The notes below the pieces were generated by a model that worked only from the letters and a program-made list of their open reading frames with translations, made no database searches and was not told where the DNA came from. A DNA stretch of 64,000 nt from NCBI GenBank assembly GCA_963796275.1, contig CAWCKY010000006.1:2752001-2816000 (forward strand), in the 5' to 3' direction. Positions 21,781-31,303 of this stretch are shown piece by piece. The DNA is from an uncultured Acidobacteriota bacterium (GTDB taxonomy: Bacteria; Acidobacteriota; Blastocatellia; RBC074). Both the position numbers and the translations under genes were made by a program. How positions within the stretch are numbered: position 1 is the first letter of the stretch; every line of letters begins with the position of its first letter.

Positions 21781-22154
21781 CAGAACGGGCGAGATTATCT
21801 GTAGCTTCGGGGGCGATGTTTTCAGAGCATCGCCCCCCTTGCATTTCCCATCGATCCAGTACCTCACTCATACTCATGATGAATGGTGAGCTGGAAGGGA
21901 AGCTTGGGCGAGGATGATCGGCTGATCGAAGCGGATCATCAGGGGATCGTTACGGCTTCGGACTCCTCCGAGTTGACCTTTAACGCTGTCGTAGACGATG
22001 AGGGAGTCTTCCGATTGGCTGACATACAAAACAGGCCCTATAGTCCGTTTGTCTATTCGCGATGTGAGGACGCGACATTTCCTAACGCAGAGGCGTATAA
22101 AATACGCCTCTGCGTTTTGATCATGCGCTGGCAAGTCAGGTACCGATCCTATTA

Positions 22155-23123
22155 TTACTGATTTATGGTCTTGAAGGTGCCCAGATTGCCTCCATCGAAG
22201 GCGCGCAGTTTGGTTACACTGCGGCTTCCGAAATTTGCAACCCAGATAGAACCTCCTTCCAGGATTAGATATGCCGGGGCATCACCAACAGGACTGGTTC
22301 CAACCAGAGCACCCGTGGAAATGCTGAGTTTGGATACGCTGTTGCTGAATTGATTTACCACCCAAACAAAGTCTCCGCCCGTGACCAGTGCTAATGGATT
22401 GTCGCCCACATCATAGATTCCGAGCGTCATCCCATCGCTTGCGCGCAACTTTGTTACATTGTCGCTCTGGGAGTTCGCCACCCAGATATTGCTCCCGTCA
22501 TATGCCAATCCCGCTGGAGCCTTACCTACTGCGTATGTTCCGAGCGCCTTCACATCGCTCGCGCGCAGCTTAGTCACACTATTGCTATTCTGGTTGGCCA
22601 CCCAGATATTTGCTCCATCAGTAACCAGCGCTCCCGGTCCGTCCTTCACCTTGTATGTGCCGATAGTCTGCCCGGTTGCTAACGATAGCTTCATCACATC
22701 GTCGCTGCCGAAATTGGCAACCCATATGTTTAAACCATCGAAGATTATCGCTATCGGGGAGCTGCCCACGGTGTAGGTACCGAGCGCCACCCCATCGCTC
22801 GCGTGCAGCCTGGTCACGCTGTTGCCATTCTGATTGGCTACCCAGATGTTATTCCCGTCATAGGCAAGCGCCCGCGGTGTCTTGCCTGTGGCGTAAACAC
22901 CCAAAGTCGAGCCAGTGCTTGCCGATAGCTTCGTAACGGTATCATTTCCGGCATTTCCCACCCAGATATGGGTCCCGTCAAATAGCAGGCACGAAGGTTC
23001 GTCGGCCTTCTCCTGTTGGGTCGCAAAGGAATTAAATGGAGCCGGCGCTGCCATGACCACCAGAAGCAGAGCAGCAAAGAAACTCTTACAATTAATATAC
23101 TTCTTCTTTTGCATTTCTATCAT
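22155..23123 (-). CDS. secreted seven-bladed beta-propeller (YncE-like)
   Basis: Seven 39-aa repeats DG.NIWVAN..S..VTKL.AS.G..LG.Y.VG..P; signal peptide. Confidence 0.85.
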   Translation of the reverse strand: MIEMQKKKYINCKSFFAALLLVVMAAPAPFNSFATQQEKADEPSCLLFDGTHIWVGNAGNDTVTKLSASTGSTLGVYATGKTPRALAYDGNNIWVANQNGNSVTRLHASDGVALGTYTVGSSPIAIIFDGLNIWVANFGSDDVMKLSLATGQTIGTYKVKDGPGALVTDGANIWVANQNSNSVTKLRASDVKALGTYAVGKAPAGLAYDGSNIWVANSQSDNVTKLRASDGMTLGIYDVGDNPLALVTGGDFVWVVNQFSNSVSKLSISTGALVGTSPVGDAPAYLILEGGSIWVANFGSRSVTKLRAFDGGNLGTFKTINQ

Positions 23124-23193
23124 CTCCTTTCACGCGTAAATACGCGTTAATCAGCGCTATCTCCGGCATCGCTATGCATTGCCGGAATCACGC

Positions 23194-23847
23194 TCAATTA
23201 ACTCTCTTCTTACCGCCAGGCAACTCGGCTTTCGTGGTTTCCACAGTATCCGGGCGATAGTCTTTAGGCGTCTCCAGCCAGAGAATGCGTTTGACAAGAT
23301 TGTGTGGTTTAGCAACCGCGGGATAGGCTATCCACACATCCGTCACTTCATTGCCGATGCGGACAATCCCTATGTGATTCGTTTTGTCTTTATCCAACTC
23401 AGGGTCCGGGTCGACGAAGCCAAGCTTACGCCGCAAGACCTCTATATCGGCGGGTTTGCCCGTCAGGTAGAGCCAGCCTTTTTTCACACCGTGCATATCG
23501 GCGTACTCCTTGAGCGCCTTCGGTGTGTCCTTTTCAGGCTGCAGGGTAATCGAATACATGAAAATGTCCTTGCCGATGCGGTCTTCGAGCAACTTTTGAA
23601 CCTTGACCAGATTTGCGGTCATCGGCGGGCAAAGCCCCTGGCAATCGGCATACATCATGTTTATCACCACGTGTTTTCCGTGAATCAGATCGTCGTAGAA
23701 ACGGACTTCCTTGCCTTCATGCGTGCGCATCAGGAAGTTCGGGAAGTATCTGGCTCGCGGGCCGGACTTCTTTGGCTTCGATTCGATCGCCTTCTCGTCG
23801 GCCAGCGTCGGGGTTAGAACATTGGCAATCAATTCTCTTCTTTTCAT
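23194..23847 (-). CDS. SCO family copper chaperone
   Basis: CQGLCP (CxxxC), SITLQPEKDTP, WLYLTG, downstream His (TNH). Confidence 0.9.
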   Translation of the reverse strand: MKRRELIANVLTPTLADEKAIESKPKKSGPRARYFPNFLMRTHEGKEVRFYDDLIHGKHVVINMMYADCQGLCPPMTANLVKVQKLLEDRIGKDIFMYSITLQPEKDTPKALKEYADMHGVKKGWLYLTGKPADIEVLRRKLGFVDPDPELDKDKTNHIGIVRIGNEVTDVWIAYPAVAKPHNLVKRILWLETPKDYRPDTVETTKAELPGGKKRVN

Positions 23848-23858
23848 GGTCGACCTCC

Positions 23859-25631
23859 TTAGGGTTGAACGATGTCCCACCTCAACATCATCGCGTGGTC
23901 TTCATGGATGGTATTGTGGCAGTGCATGGGATAACGGCCCACGAAATCCCGGAAGCGCATAAAGAGCTGTATCGTCTGATTGCGCCCCAGCCGCGCGACG
24001 TCCTTTCTTCCTCCTTCCACCGGAATTAATCCGCCAGTACGCGCGCGAATTTGAAACTCCTCGAAGTGGATATGGATGGGGTGCTCCCAGCCGCCGGAGT
24101 TGTTCTGCAGTATCCATTTCTCCGCGGTGCCCTGGATGACCGTGGCTCGAACCTCGTCTTCATCGAATATCTTGTTGTTAATCGTCCAATTTCCCGATCT
24201 GTCGAAACGCCACTCCCTTTCTTCAGCTACTTCTTCGAGTGGCGGGTTAGGACGGAAGGCATCCGGGATGCGGCTGTTGTCGCCGTTGAACGGCAGTTCT
24301 ACTCTGAACTGTATATTCTTCATCGCCTCGTTCTGTGGGAGTATGTCACCGGTCGGGCCGCGCCCGTCTTGCTGTTCCAGCCGATTCTGAAGAATGATTT
24401 CGTGCCCTTCTCTTCCGGTGAAATCCACGACGACGTCAATCCGCTCGGCAACCGCTATCCGAACGGAGGCCTGATCGTGTATCGGCATCGGGAGCAAGTT
24501 TCCGTCGTTTGCGATCACGGTGAACTTTATGTCCTGGTTCGCCGTTTTGTCGCGGATAAAGAACTGATAGAAGCGAGAAGGCCCGGCATTGAGCCAGCGA
24601 AAGCGATACTTGCGCGGGCGTACCCTGAAGAAAGGCTGAATCTTTCCATTGGCAAGGAATTTGTCGCCGAGTATCCCGTCGAGATTGAACTTGTCGAAGA
24701 AAAGCCGACCATTGTCTTCGTCAAAGACGCGGTCTTGAAAGACTATCGGCACATCGAACTCGCCGCTCGGCAGCCCGAATGCCGGGGGCGGTGCATTTTC
24801 GTTATTGTTATCAAGCTCGTCAAAAAGAATATACATCCCGGCCAGTCCCTTGTAGGTGTTCTGGGCCGTGAAATCGACGCGGTGATCGTGATACCAGAGA
24901 GTGTTCAACGTCTCCCTATGATCGCCGGCAGTTTCGAGGAACTGGTCATATCCTGCACGAATATTGGGGTAATGATGGTCTTTGTATTTGGGTGCAGCGT
25001 AAAAGTCGACCGGGAATCCGTCGCTTTCCGATGGAGTGTGACCGTTGTGAAGGTGAGTAGATATCTCTCCCCGACCGAAGCCGTCGAAGCCGATGAGGGG
25101 CAGATTATTTCGGTAACGAACCACAACCCGCTGGTTATAAAATGCACGGAATAGTGGGCCGGGGACCTGGCCGTTGTAAGAAAACAGCGTCTGCGGCGGC
25201 AGTTGCGGATGCAGAATGTGACCCGAAGTCTGAGCCGCAATGTTCTGATAGGTTACGGGCGGGCCGAAGCGCGCCGCAAACTCATCCCATCGCTGGTGGT
25301 CAGCGCGCGGCGCCTCACCGGCGGCAATATTGGCAACTCTTTGGGGCGCGGGATTGAGCGCCACCGTCGGCGCCAGTTGAAGACGCGGCATCTCTTCCAA
25401 CCAGGGATCAGTCGGCGGGCTTTCGGGGTCATCAAGCGGGATGCGGGCGTAGGGATCGCGGGCACGCGCGCTCAGCCCTTTTTTCGGAATGAGCATGCCG
25501 GAGCTTGCGATCAGCCCCATCTTGATCAAGTCCCGTCTGCTGAATCCCGCTTCGATAAGCTCGCGCCTGTTTTTTGTTGCATTGCGTCTCTCTTTTTCGC
25601 GTCGTCTATCTCTCTTTGAGATATATGCCAT
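23859..25631 (-). CDS. multicopper oxidase (CotA/bilirubin-oxidase-like), Tat-type signal
   Basis: HLH, WYHDH, HPIHIH and HCHNTIHEDHAMM copper motifs; SRRDLIK; AGGAGG RBS before the ATG at 25631. Confidence 0.93.
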   Translation of the reverse strand: MAYISKRDRRREKERRNATKNRRELIEAGFSRRDLIKMGLIASSGMLIPKKGLSARARDPYARIPLDDPESPPTDPWLEEMPRLQLAPTVALNPAPQRVANIAAGEAPRADHQRWDEFAARFGPPVTYQNIAAQTSGHILHPQLPPQTLFSYNGQVPGPLFRAFYNQRVVVRYRNNLPLIGFDGFGRGEISTHLHNGHTPSESDGFPVDFYAAPKYKDHHYPNIRAGYDQFLETAGDHRETLNTLWYHDHRVDFTAQNTYKGLAGMYILFDELDNNNENAPPPAFGLPSGEFDVPIVFQDRVFDEDNGRLFFDKFNLDGILGDKFLANGKIQPFFRVRPRKYRFRWLNAGPSRFYQFFIRDKTANQDIKFTVIANDGNLLPMPIHDQASVRIAVAERIDVVVDFTGREGHEIILQNRLEQQDGRGPTGDILPQNEAMKNIQFRVELPFNGDNSRIPDAFRPNPPLEEVAEEREWRFDRSGNWTINNKIFDEDEVRATVIQGTAEKWILQNNSGGWEHPIHIHFEEFQIRARTGGLIPVEGGRKDVARLGRNQTIQLFMRFRDFVGRYPMHCHNTIHEDHAMMLRWDIVQP

Positions 25632-26584
25632 TACATTTCCTCCTTTTAAAAGGTATTGTTTTGTGACGTCTGGAATCTTCTGCGAGGTGCGCCGAAACAT
25701 CGGGTGCAGCCTGAACTCATCCAGAGAAGTCTCAAAGAATGCCGTCCCGCAGAAGAGAGTGCGCAGACGGAGACCTCCCGGAGATGCATTTGCAATCTCA
25801 CGCTTCGGCACAGTTAATTGATTTAGAGAGAAACGGCCCTGAAAGTTATCGCTACTAGACCCCTACTGTTCGAAGAGGATCGAGGCAGTTGGGTGCTCCG
25901 GCCTAAAAAGACCATAGATAAGGGCCGATAACTTATAGAAGAAAACGAAGTTGCCGTCAGATGCTAAGCAGCTTCAGTGTGTATAGCTATTGAGGTGAAT
26001 AAATGTCTTCCGCTCTTAAGCCATTGCCATAGGAACTGGATGCTTCTGTCTCGAAGAAGAGGATCGAGACATCCAGGTACACAGCCATATCGATCCCGAT
26101 AACGACCAGATGTAAGGGGCCAAAAACCTATAGGAAGATTGTCAAAAGCGTTGTCAAATTGCGGGCAACAATAGAGTGTCAGCTTGTGAGATATAGTGTT
26201 TTTCGATACTTCTATTGTTTTACTGTGTGTGTTTGTTTGTAATTGCAGAACTACACTACACATGCTGTTATTTAAGGTTAATTGCTTGAGTCACTTTTAC
26301 CCTTAGTATTCCTTCCACCACAGTGATAGACGTAGAGCGCAACAAGAACATTGCGCGGAATGAAAACGAAATCTCCTTCCTGTATATAAGGTGATTAATT
26401 AATTGACAATCTTTCAGAATTAATTTTTCTAGGAGCTTCGCCAGAGAGAAATTTAGCTTGGTAGACATGATACTCAGTTGCGCGATGCAGGGCGGCTTTG
26501 TTAAACCCCGGCCAGTGTAAACTCGGATGGGCATGTTCTGCGGTTTGGGTCGGACCCGAAGGAAGAGGCCTGATCCAAATTGCT

Positions 26585-27454
26585 TTAACCGACAATCATC
26601 AACGCGCCGTTCTCTAGCGACTCTGAGAGTATCTCCTGAGCCCGTCGGGCGCTGGCACTTACAGTTCCCAGCCTCGACAGCAAACTTTTGATCTCGACCG
26701 CTCGCTTTGTCTCATAGAGGACGAGGTAGGAAGGCTTATCGAGGTTGGAGATCGAAATCCCCGTCGCCCCTGGGCCGAATAGCAGGTAGACCTTCTTCTG
26801 TTGATCGATCTCTGGCAGCCCCGTCAGCTTCGGCGCGTCATCGCAGAGCGCCATCGCTGGCATCAGGCTCATCTCGAAGAGATACCGTTCGACGTGTTGG
26901 ATGGTCTCGATGATATTCGCCTGAAAACTGCCCACGTCATATCCGGGGGCGAGTTTCACGCGCGCCCTGTCGCTGATCGTCGCCGGCAGTTCGCTGGCCG
27001 CATAGCTGCCCTCACGCGCAAGCGTTCTTCGGCAGCCGGCGATGGCAGCCTCTAGCCGGACCATGTCCGGAATATGCGGGGCCCTCCACGCTCCGTTCCG
27101 GCAACCATCGAGAAGAAATTCCGAGAAGGCCAGCCCGAGAGACCCGCGGTCGTGCACGGCGCGATGGAAGAATTGGCTTGAGAAGAATCGCTCCAGGGAT
27201 GCGAGCGACCGCGTCTCGGCCAGGATGATGGTGGTCGATACCTTGAACTCCTCAACCAGCGTCCTGAGCGTCCTTCTCTTTCTGAGGGGATCGTGACGCC
27301 AGGCCCTGCGGTCGATGGCTAGCAACTGCCTGCGCTCGGCCTCTGTCAGTTCGAGCCCGGCGAGCGCTTTGTCGGAATCGGTGTAGACTGCCGAGACGAA
27401 GCCATCATCGAAGAGCATCCGCACCAGCAGCTTCTGTAGGGTGTGGTGGCTCAT
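26585..27454 (-). CDS. MNIO partner protein (helical N-terminus)
   Basis: Its ATG overlaps the DUF692 stop by one base (TGATG junction at 27454); N-terminus LLVRMLFDDGFV..VYTD...ALAGLELTEAERRQL and MVRLEAA are typical of DUF692 partners. Confidence 0.65.
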   Translation of the reverse strand: MSHHTLQKLLVRMLFDDGFVSAVYTDSDKALAGLELTEAERRQLLAIDRRAWRHDPLRKRRTLRTLVEEFKVSTTIILAETRSLASLERFFSSQFFHRAVHDRGSLGLAFSEFLLDGCRNGAWRAPHIPDMVRLEAAIAGCRRTLAREGSYAASELPATISDRARVKLAPGYDVGSFQANIIETIQHVERYLFEMSLMPAMALCDDAPKLTGLPEIDQQKKVYLLFGPGATGISISNLDKPSYLVLYETKRAVEIKSLLSRLGTVSASARRAQEILSESLENGALMIVG

Positions 27455-28362
27455 CAGGCCGTCTCTTCCTTCAGTTCAGTCTCGGCGGGGAAGAGCGAAT
27501 TGAGCCGTTCGAAGACGTCGAGGCATTCCTCCGGCGCGTTGTGCTCGCACTCGAAAACGATGGCCTTCAGGTTTTTCGCCCTGGGGATTACATATTCGAG
27601 AATCTCCCAAGTCGCAGGGAGGGGGACTGGTGAGTGGCTGTCATCGATATAAGGATAGCCATCAATCTCGGCGTAAGTCCCACCTGCAACGTGCATCTCG
27701 ACGACGCGTTCGAGGGGATAGTTGTCAAGCGCTGTGAGCGGAGGAAGGTTGCGAGTTTGTTGGAAGATCGCGAGGTGTGCGCAGTCGAGCAGCAGGCCGC
27801 AGTCAGCCCGATCGGCGACCTGGGCAAAGTAGTCGAGGATATGCATGTCACCCAGATAGATGATCGCGGGCGGATTCTCGGGGAGGCATGTCATCCCGGT
27901 CTCGGCCTCGATCTGAACGATGCTCTCCGCCGTTTCGAGCGCCGACTCCCGGCAAAGGATCGGGGGCATGAGCATCCCGTGCCCGCGCTCGCGCATCCCG
28001 AAATGCCAACGGCCCGCGTCGCCGCAGAGCCACGCGGCCTTGATCTCTGACGCCAGCTCTTTGGTTTGTGTCAGCCAGTAACGGTCCAGGTCGATCTGTT
28101 CCTCGAGGTTGATGTCCAGGAAGTGATACGTCACCGGCAAGCCCGCCGCCGCCCACCGGCGGACGCCCTCATCCAGGCCGCGTTCCAGGTCGGAGCCGTA
28201 CTCGTAGAAATGTATGAGTTCAGGATAGTGCTCCTTCATCCAGTAAGCGTCGATGCCCTGGGCGGCTACATTGAACTCGCCAGATAGTCCGACACCAAGT
28301 CTCGGCAGGCGCGCTGCTCTTTGTGTAAACTTGATCATGATGAGGATTGTATCGGACGCCAA
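27454..28362 (-). CDS. DUF692 family multinuclear non-heme iron-dependent oxidative enzyme (MNIO)
   Basis: LGVGL, TYHF, PENP, GLLLDCAH, EMHVAGG, DDSH, TWEILE, FECE; likely ATG at 28338. Confidence 0.85.
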   Translation of the reverse strand: MASDTILIMIKFTQRAARLPRLGVGLSGEFNVAAQGIDAYWMKEHYPELIHFYEYGSDLERGLDEGVRRWAAAGLPVTYHFLDINLEEQIDLDRYWLTQTKELASEIKAAWLCGDAGRWHFGMRERGHGMLMPPILCRESALETAESIVQIEAETGMTCLPENPPAIIYLGDMHILDYFAQVADRADCGLLLDCAHLAIFQQTRNLPPLTALDNYPLERVVEMHVAGGTYAEIDGYPYIDDSHSPVPLPATWEILEYVIPRAKNLKAIVFECEHNAPEECLDVFERLNSLFPAETELKEETA

Positions 28363-28371
28363 AAAAGACTT

Positions 28372-29592
28372 TCAAGCGATCGTACAACCGCGCAGAATCA
28401 ATTCCTCGATGGCCTCGTCTTCATAACCCAGCGAGCGCAATATCTCGCGTGAGTGCTCGCCAACCCCGGGCGCCATTTGCGGCTTCTCTTTCGGTGCTCC
28501 CTCGATGTTGAGCGGATTGTTGACGGTCGGGATGCTGCCGAGTTGAGGGTGTTCCAGCTCGCTGAAGACGCCGTTGGCTTTCATCTGCGGGTCGGTCGCC
28601 ACGCGATCGACTGTCGGAATCGGCCCCCAGATGACACCCTGTTCCCGGAACAGGACTTCCCACTCGTCCAAATCTTTGCTGCCGATCGCCTCATCGAGCA
28701 GGGCGACCACTTCTTCTGTGTGTTGCGAACGGGCTTCCGCGGTGGCGTACCGGGAGTCATTGATCAGTTCCGTGCGGCCGATGGCGCGGCAAACCCGTCC
28801 CCAGTCGTTGGCAGTGTCGAGGCAGCAGAACATGAACCGCTGTCCGTCGCGCGCCTGGTACTGATTGACCAGCGGATTGAGGGCGGCGAAGCGGGGTCGC
28901 CGGATGGGAATGGTCGCGCCGACCATGGCGGCTTGAATCTGGCAACTGTTACTCCAAGCGCCGGTAGCCATCAGCGATGTCGTGACCTTCGCGCCCCGCC
29001 CGGTCAGCTGGCGCTGATAGAGCGCCAGCATAATCGAGCCGAAGAGTGCGAGCGAAACCGGATGATCGCCCGACCCGCTCGGCGTTGCTCCCGTCTGCAC
29101 CGTCAGATCATAGATGATGCTCGTCAATCCCGACCTGGCCCAATATGCCGTCGTGTCGTAGCCAGGCTTGTTAATGTCTTCGCCCTCTTCGCCATAGCCG
29201 GTGACGTGGGCGAAGATCAGGCGAGGATTGATCTTCGCGAAGTCTTCGTAATTGACCCGAAGCTTCTCTGCGAGCTCCGGCGGGTAATTGGTGATGAAGA
29301 CGTCGGACGTGGCGACCAGCCTTCGCAAAACTTCACGCCCGGCTTCGTCCTGCAGGTTGAGCGCGAGGCTCTTCTTGTTGCGCGCATCCAGCATCCAGCA
29401 ATAGTTGTGCTCCGAGTCGGGCATCCCCGGAAGAAAGGAGAGATAGCGGTAGGGGTCGCCGTGGGGCGGGCGTTCGATCTTGATCACTTCGGCGCCGAAG
29501 TCGGACATGATGGTTGCGGCTGCCGGCGCGGCGATGTAGGTGCCGCAGTCAATCACGCGCAGGCCGGAAAGAATGTTTGGTTGTTGATTCAT
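28372..29592 (-). CDS. family III CoA-transferase (CaiB/BaiF)
   Basis: LSGLRVID, FGAEVIKIE, RNKKSLALNL, GYD, catalytic GD, APGVGEHS. Confidence 0.93.
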   Translation of the reverse strand: MNQQPNILSGLRVIDCGTYIAAPAAATIMSDFGAEVIKIERPPHGDPYRYLSFLPGMPDSEHNYCWMLDARNKKSLALNLQDEAGREVLRRLVATSDVFITNYPPELAEKLRVNYEDFAKINPRLIFAHVTGYGEEGEDINKPGYDTTAYWARSGLTSIIYDLTVQTGATPSGSGDHPVSLALFGSIMLALYQRQLTGRGAKVTTSLMATGAWSNSCQIQAAMVGATIPIRRPRFAALNPLVNQYQARDGQRFMFCCLDTANDWGRVCRAIGRTELINDSRYATAEARSQHTEEVVALLDEAIGSKDLDEWEVLFREQGVIWGPIPTVDRVATDPQMKANGVFSELEHPQLGSIPTVNNPLNIEGAPKEKPQMAPGVGEHSREILRSLGYEDEAIEELILRGCTIA

Positions 29593-29706
29593 TTTATCTG
29601 TGGGATTCACTCTCTGAGGGCTTGGATTCAAGCTCCGAATAGGCCTGAAGCTTTCAGAGGCGTTTTTGCCGTCGTTTGAGCCGTGACTTTTTCTGGGGCG
29701 ACTAAT

Positions 29707-29848
29707 GCTACTGTGTCACAAAATTCTCGAATTTCCTTGGAAATTCGCATATGGGATCTGTTTAACGCCATCCTCTTGATATCAGTATAATATCAATGGT
29801 GCTTGTCTCGATTTCCTAAGAAATCGAGGAGTTTTGTGACACAGTAGC
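29707..29848. mobile_element. 142 bp MITE with long imperfect terminal inverted repeats
   Basis: GCTACTGTGTCACAAAA...TTTTGTGACACAGTAGC (17 bp perfect, about 40 bp imperfect); TA dinucleotides sit just outside CTGTG/CACAG. Confidence 0.75.
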
Positions 29849-29899
29849 TGGATAGCTTGCGCTACGCCTACCAATTACTTCGTTTTAGATCGAGACCCT

Positions 29900-31303
29900 T
29901 CAAGCCAAAGGCATCGGCCTCGTCGTGGCCTTCTCTCTCTTAGCGTCGAAATACATCGTCTGTCCCGAACGGTAGGCGTCAACGCCCAATCGAATCGCGA
30001 CCATCGCTTTGTACCCGAGCTCCGCATCGAAATGGACTTTCTCAGTCCCGCGGATCGCGTTGATGAAGTTGGCCATGTGGTGGGTTGTGAATTGTACGGT
30101 TGGGCGTTCGGCTTCGTCACCGCCGAGCGTGTTCCCGGAAACGTCAATCACCAATTCATTGCCGCCCGTCTTCTTGTTGAATTCTTCACGGAAGGGGCGT
30201 TCGGGAACGACGCGGATGGCGCGGTTGTTCTGGAACTCTCTCGTCTTCAGGTAAATCGAGCCCTTTGTGCCGCGGATCATTTCCGGGATACCGGTGGCGT
30301 TGAGCATTGACGATCCGAGCATCACGGCGTATTTCCCGGGAAACTCAATCGTCGTGAAGTAGGTGTCGGGCACTTCGCGGATGTCCCCTTCGACCGGGGC
30401 GAATATCCCGCCCTGCGCGGTCACACGAGTTGGGAATTCGGGCGAGCCTATCGAGAACATGAGCGGCGACAGGCGATGATAGAAGAGGTCTGTGGCGATT
30501 CCGCCCGAATAGTCCCAGTATTTGCGCCAGCGGAAGAAGCGGTCTTTGTCGAAGGGACGCTTCTTCGCATAACCGAGAAAGGCCTTCCAATCAATCGTCT
30601 TCTCGTTCGCTTCTTCGGCGGGGTCGATCTTGTAGTTCCACTCTCCGCTCGGCGCGTTGCGCGAGTAGCTCGTGCTGGCCCAGAGGACCTTGCCAATCAA
30701 GCCGCATTGAATCACTTCGCGCGCTTTCCAGTGCTGAATGTCGGACAGGTGCTGGCTGCCGACCTGAAGCTGCAAGCCCGTCGCTTTAACTTTGCGGGCG
30801 AGGTTGCGAGCCTCATCGATGGTATAGGTCATCGGCTTTTCCAAGTAGACGTGTTTGCCGCTGGTCAAGGCCTCCATCGCCTGCCGCGTGTGCCAATGAT
30901 CGGGCGTGGCGATGACCACAGCATCAACATCCTTGCGCGCGCACAGCTCGCGATAATCATGGTGGATGTCTTTGTCTGATACTTTCGTCTGCGCCTGGCC
31001 GCGCCGCTTGTTTTTCTCGTAGATGTCGCAGATGGCGACAGCCTGAACATCGCCTTGATTTTGGTTGCGAGTTGCGACGTATCCTGTGTGTGCGCCCATT
31101 CGACCGCCCATTCCGATGAAGCCGAAATTGACGCGGTCATTCGCGCCCAAGACGCGTCCTGTGGCGGGAGCCTGGCGCGCGTTGATCATTTCTTCAAGCC
31201 GCTCTTCGGTTTTGGCCGAAATCAATGAACCGCCGGCCGACAACGCTGCTGCGCCGGCAGTCGCTCGAGCGATGAATTCGCGGCGAGTGGATTTCTTCGC
31301 CAT
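29900..31303 (-). CDS. Gfo/Idh/MocA family oxidoreductase, Tat signal
   Basis: TRREFI, GANDRVNFGFIGMGGRM, IATPDHWH, YLEKP, WRKYWDYSGG. Confidence 0.93.
   Translation of the reverse strand: MAKKSTRREFIARATAGAAALSAGGSLISAKTEERLEEMINARQAPATGRVLGANDRVNFGFIGMGGRMGAHTGYVATRNQNQGDVQAVAICDIYEKNKRRGQAQTKVSDKDIHHDYRELCARKDVDAVVIATPDHWHTRQAMEALTSGKHVYLEKPMTYTIDEARNLARKVKATGLQLQVGSQHLSDIQHWKAREVIQCGLIGKVLWASTSYSRNAPSGEWNYKIDPAEEANEKTIDWKAFLGYAKKRPFDKDRFFRWRKYWDYSGGIATDLFYHRLSPLMFSIGSPEFPTRVTAQGGIFAPVEGDIREVPDTYFTTIEFPGKYAVMLGSSMLNATGIPEMIRGTKGSIYLKTREFQNNRAIRVVPERPFREEFNKKTGGNELVIDVSGNTLGGDEAERPTVQFTTHHMANFINAIRGTEKVHFDAELGYKAMVAIRLGVDAYRSGQTMYFDAKREKATTRPMPLA

Noticed and set aside
22170-23000. 117 bp periodic repeats as a CRISPR or tandem DNA array
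   Set aside because: They are coding repeats of propeller blades with synonymous variation and no unique spacers; no CRISPR array or cas gene was seen in the window.
26544-26579. Hairpin resembling SRP RNA domain IV (GGGTCGGACCCGAAGGAAGAGGCC)
   Set aside because: Lacks the conserved CAGG/AGCA internal loop and the long flanking helix; more likely a 3' stem of the MNIO operon.
25964-26595. Small ORFs (99, 88 and 66 aa) as the MNIO precursor peptide
   Set aside because: AT-rich intergenic composition, no RBS, no leader/core or repeat pattern; they overlap probable promoter and leader structures.
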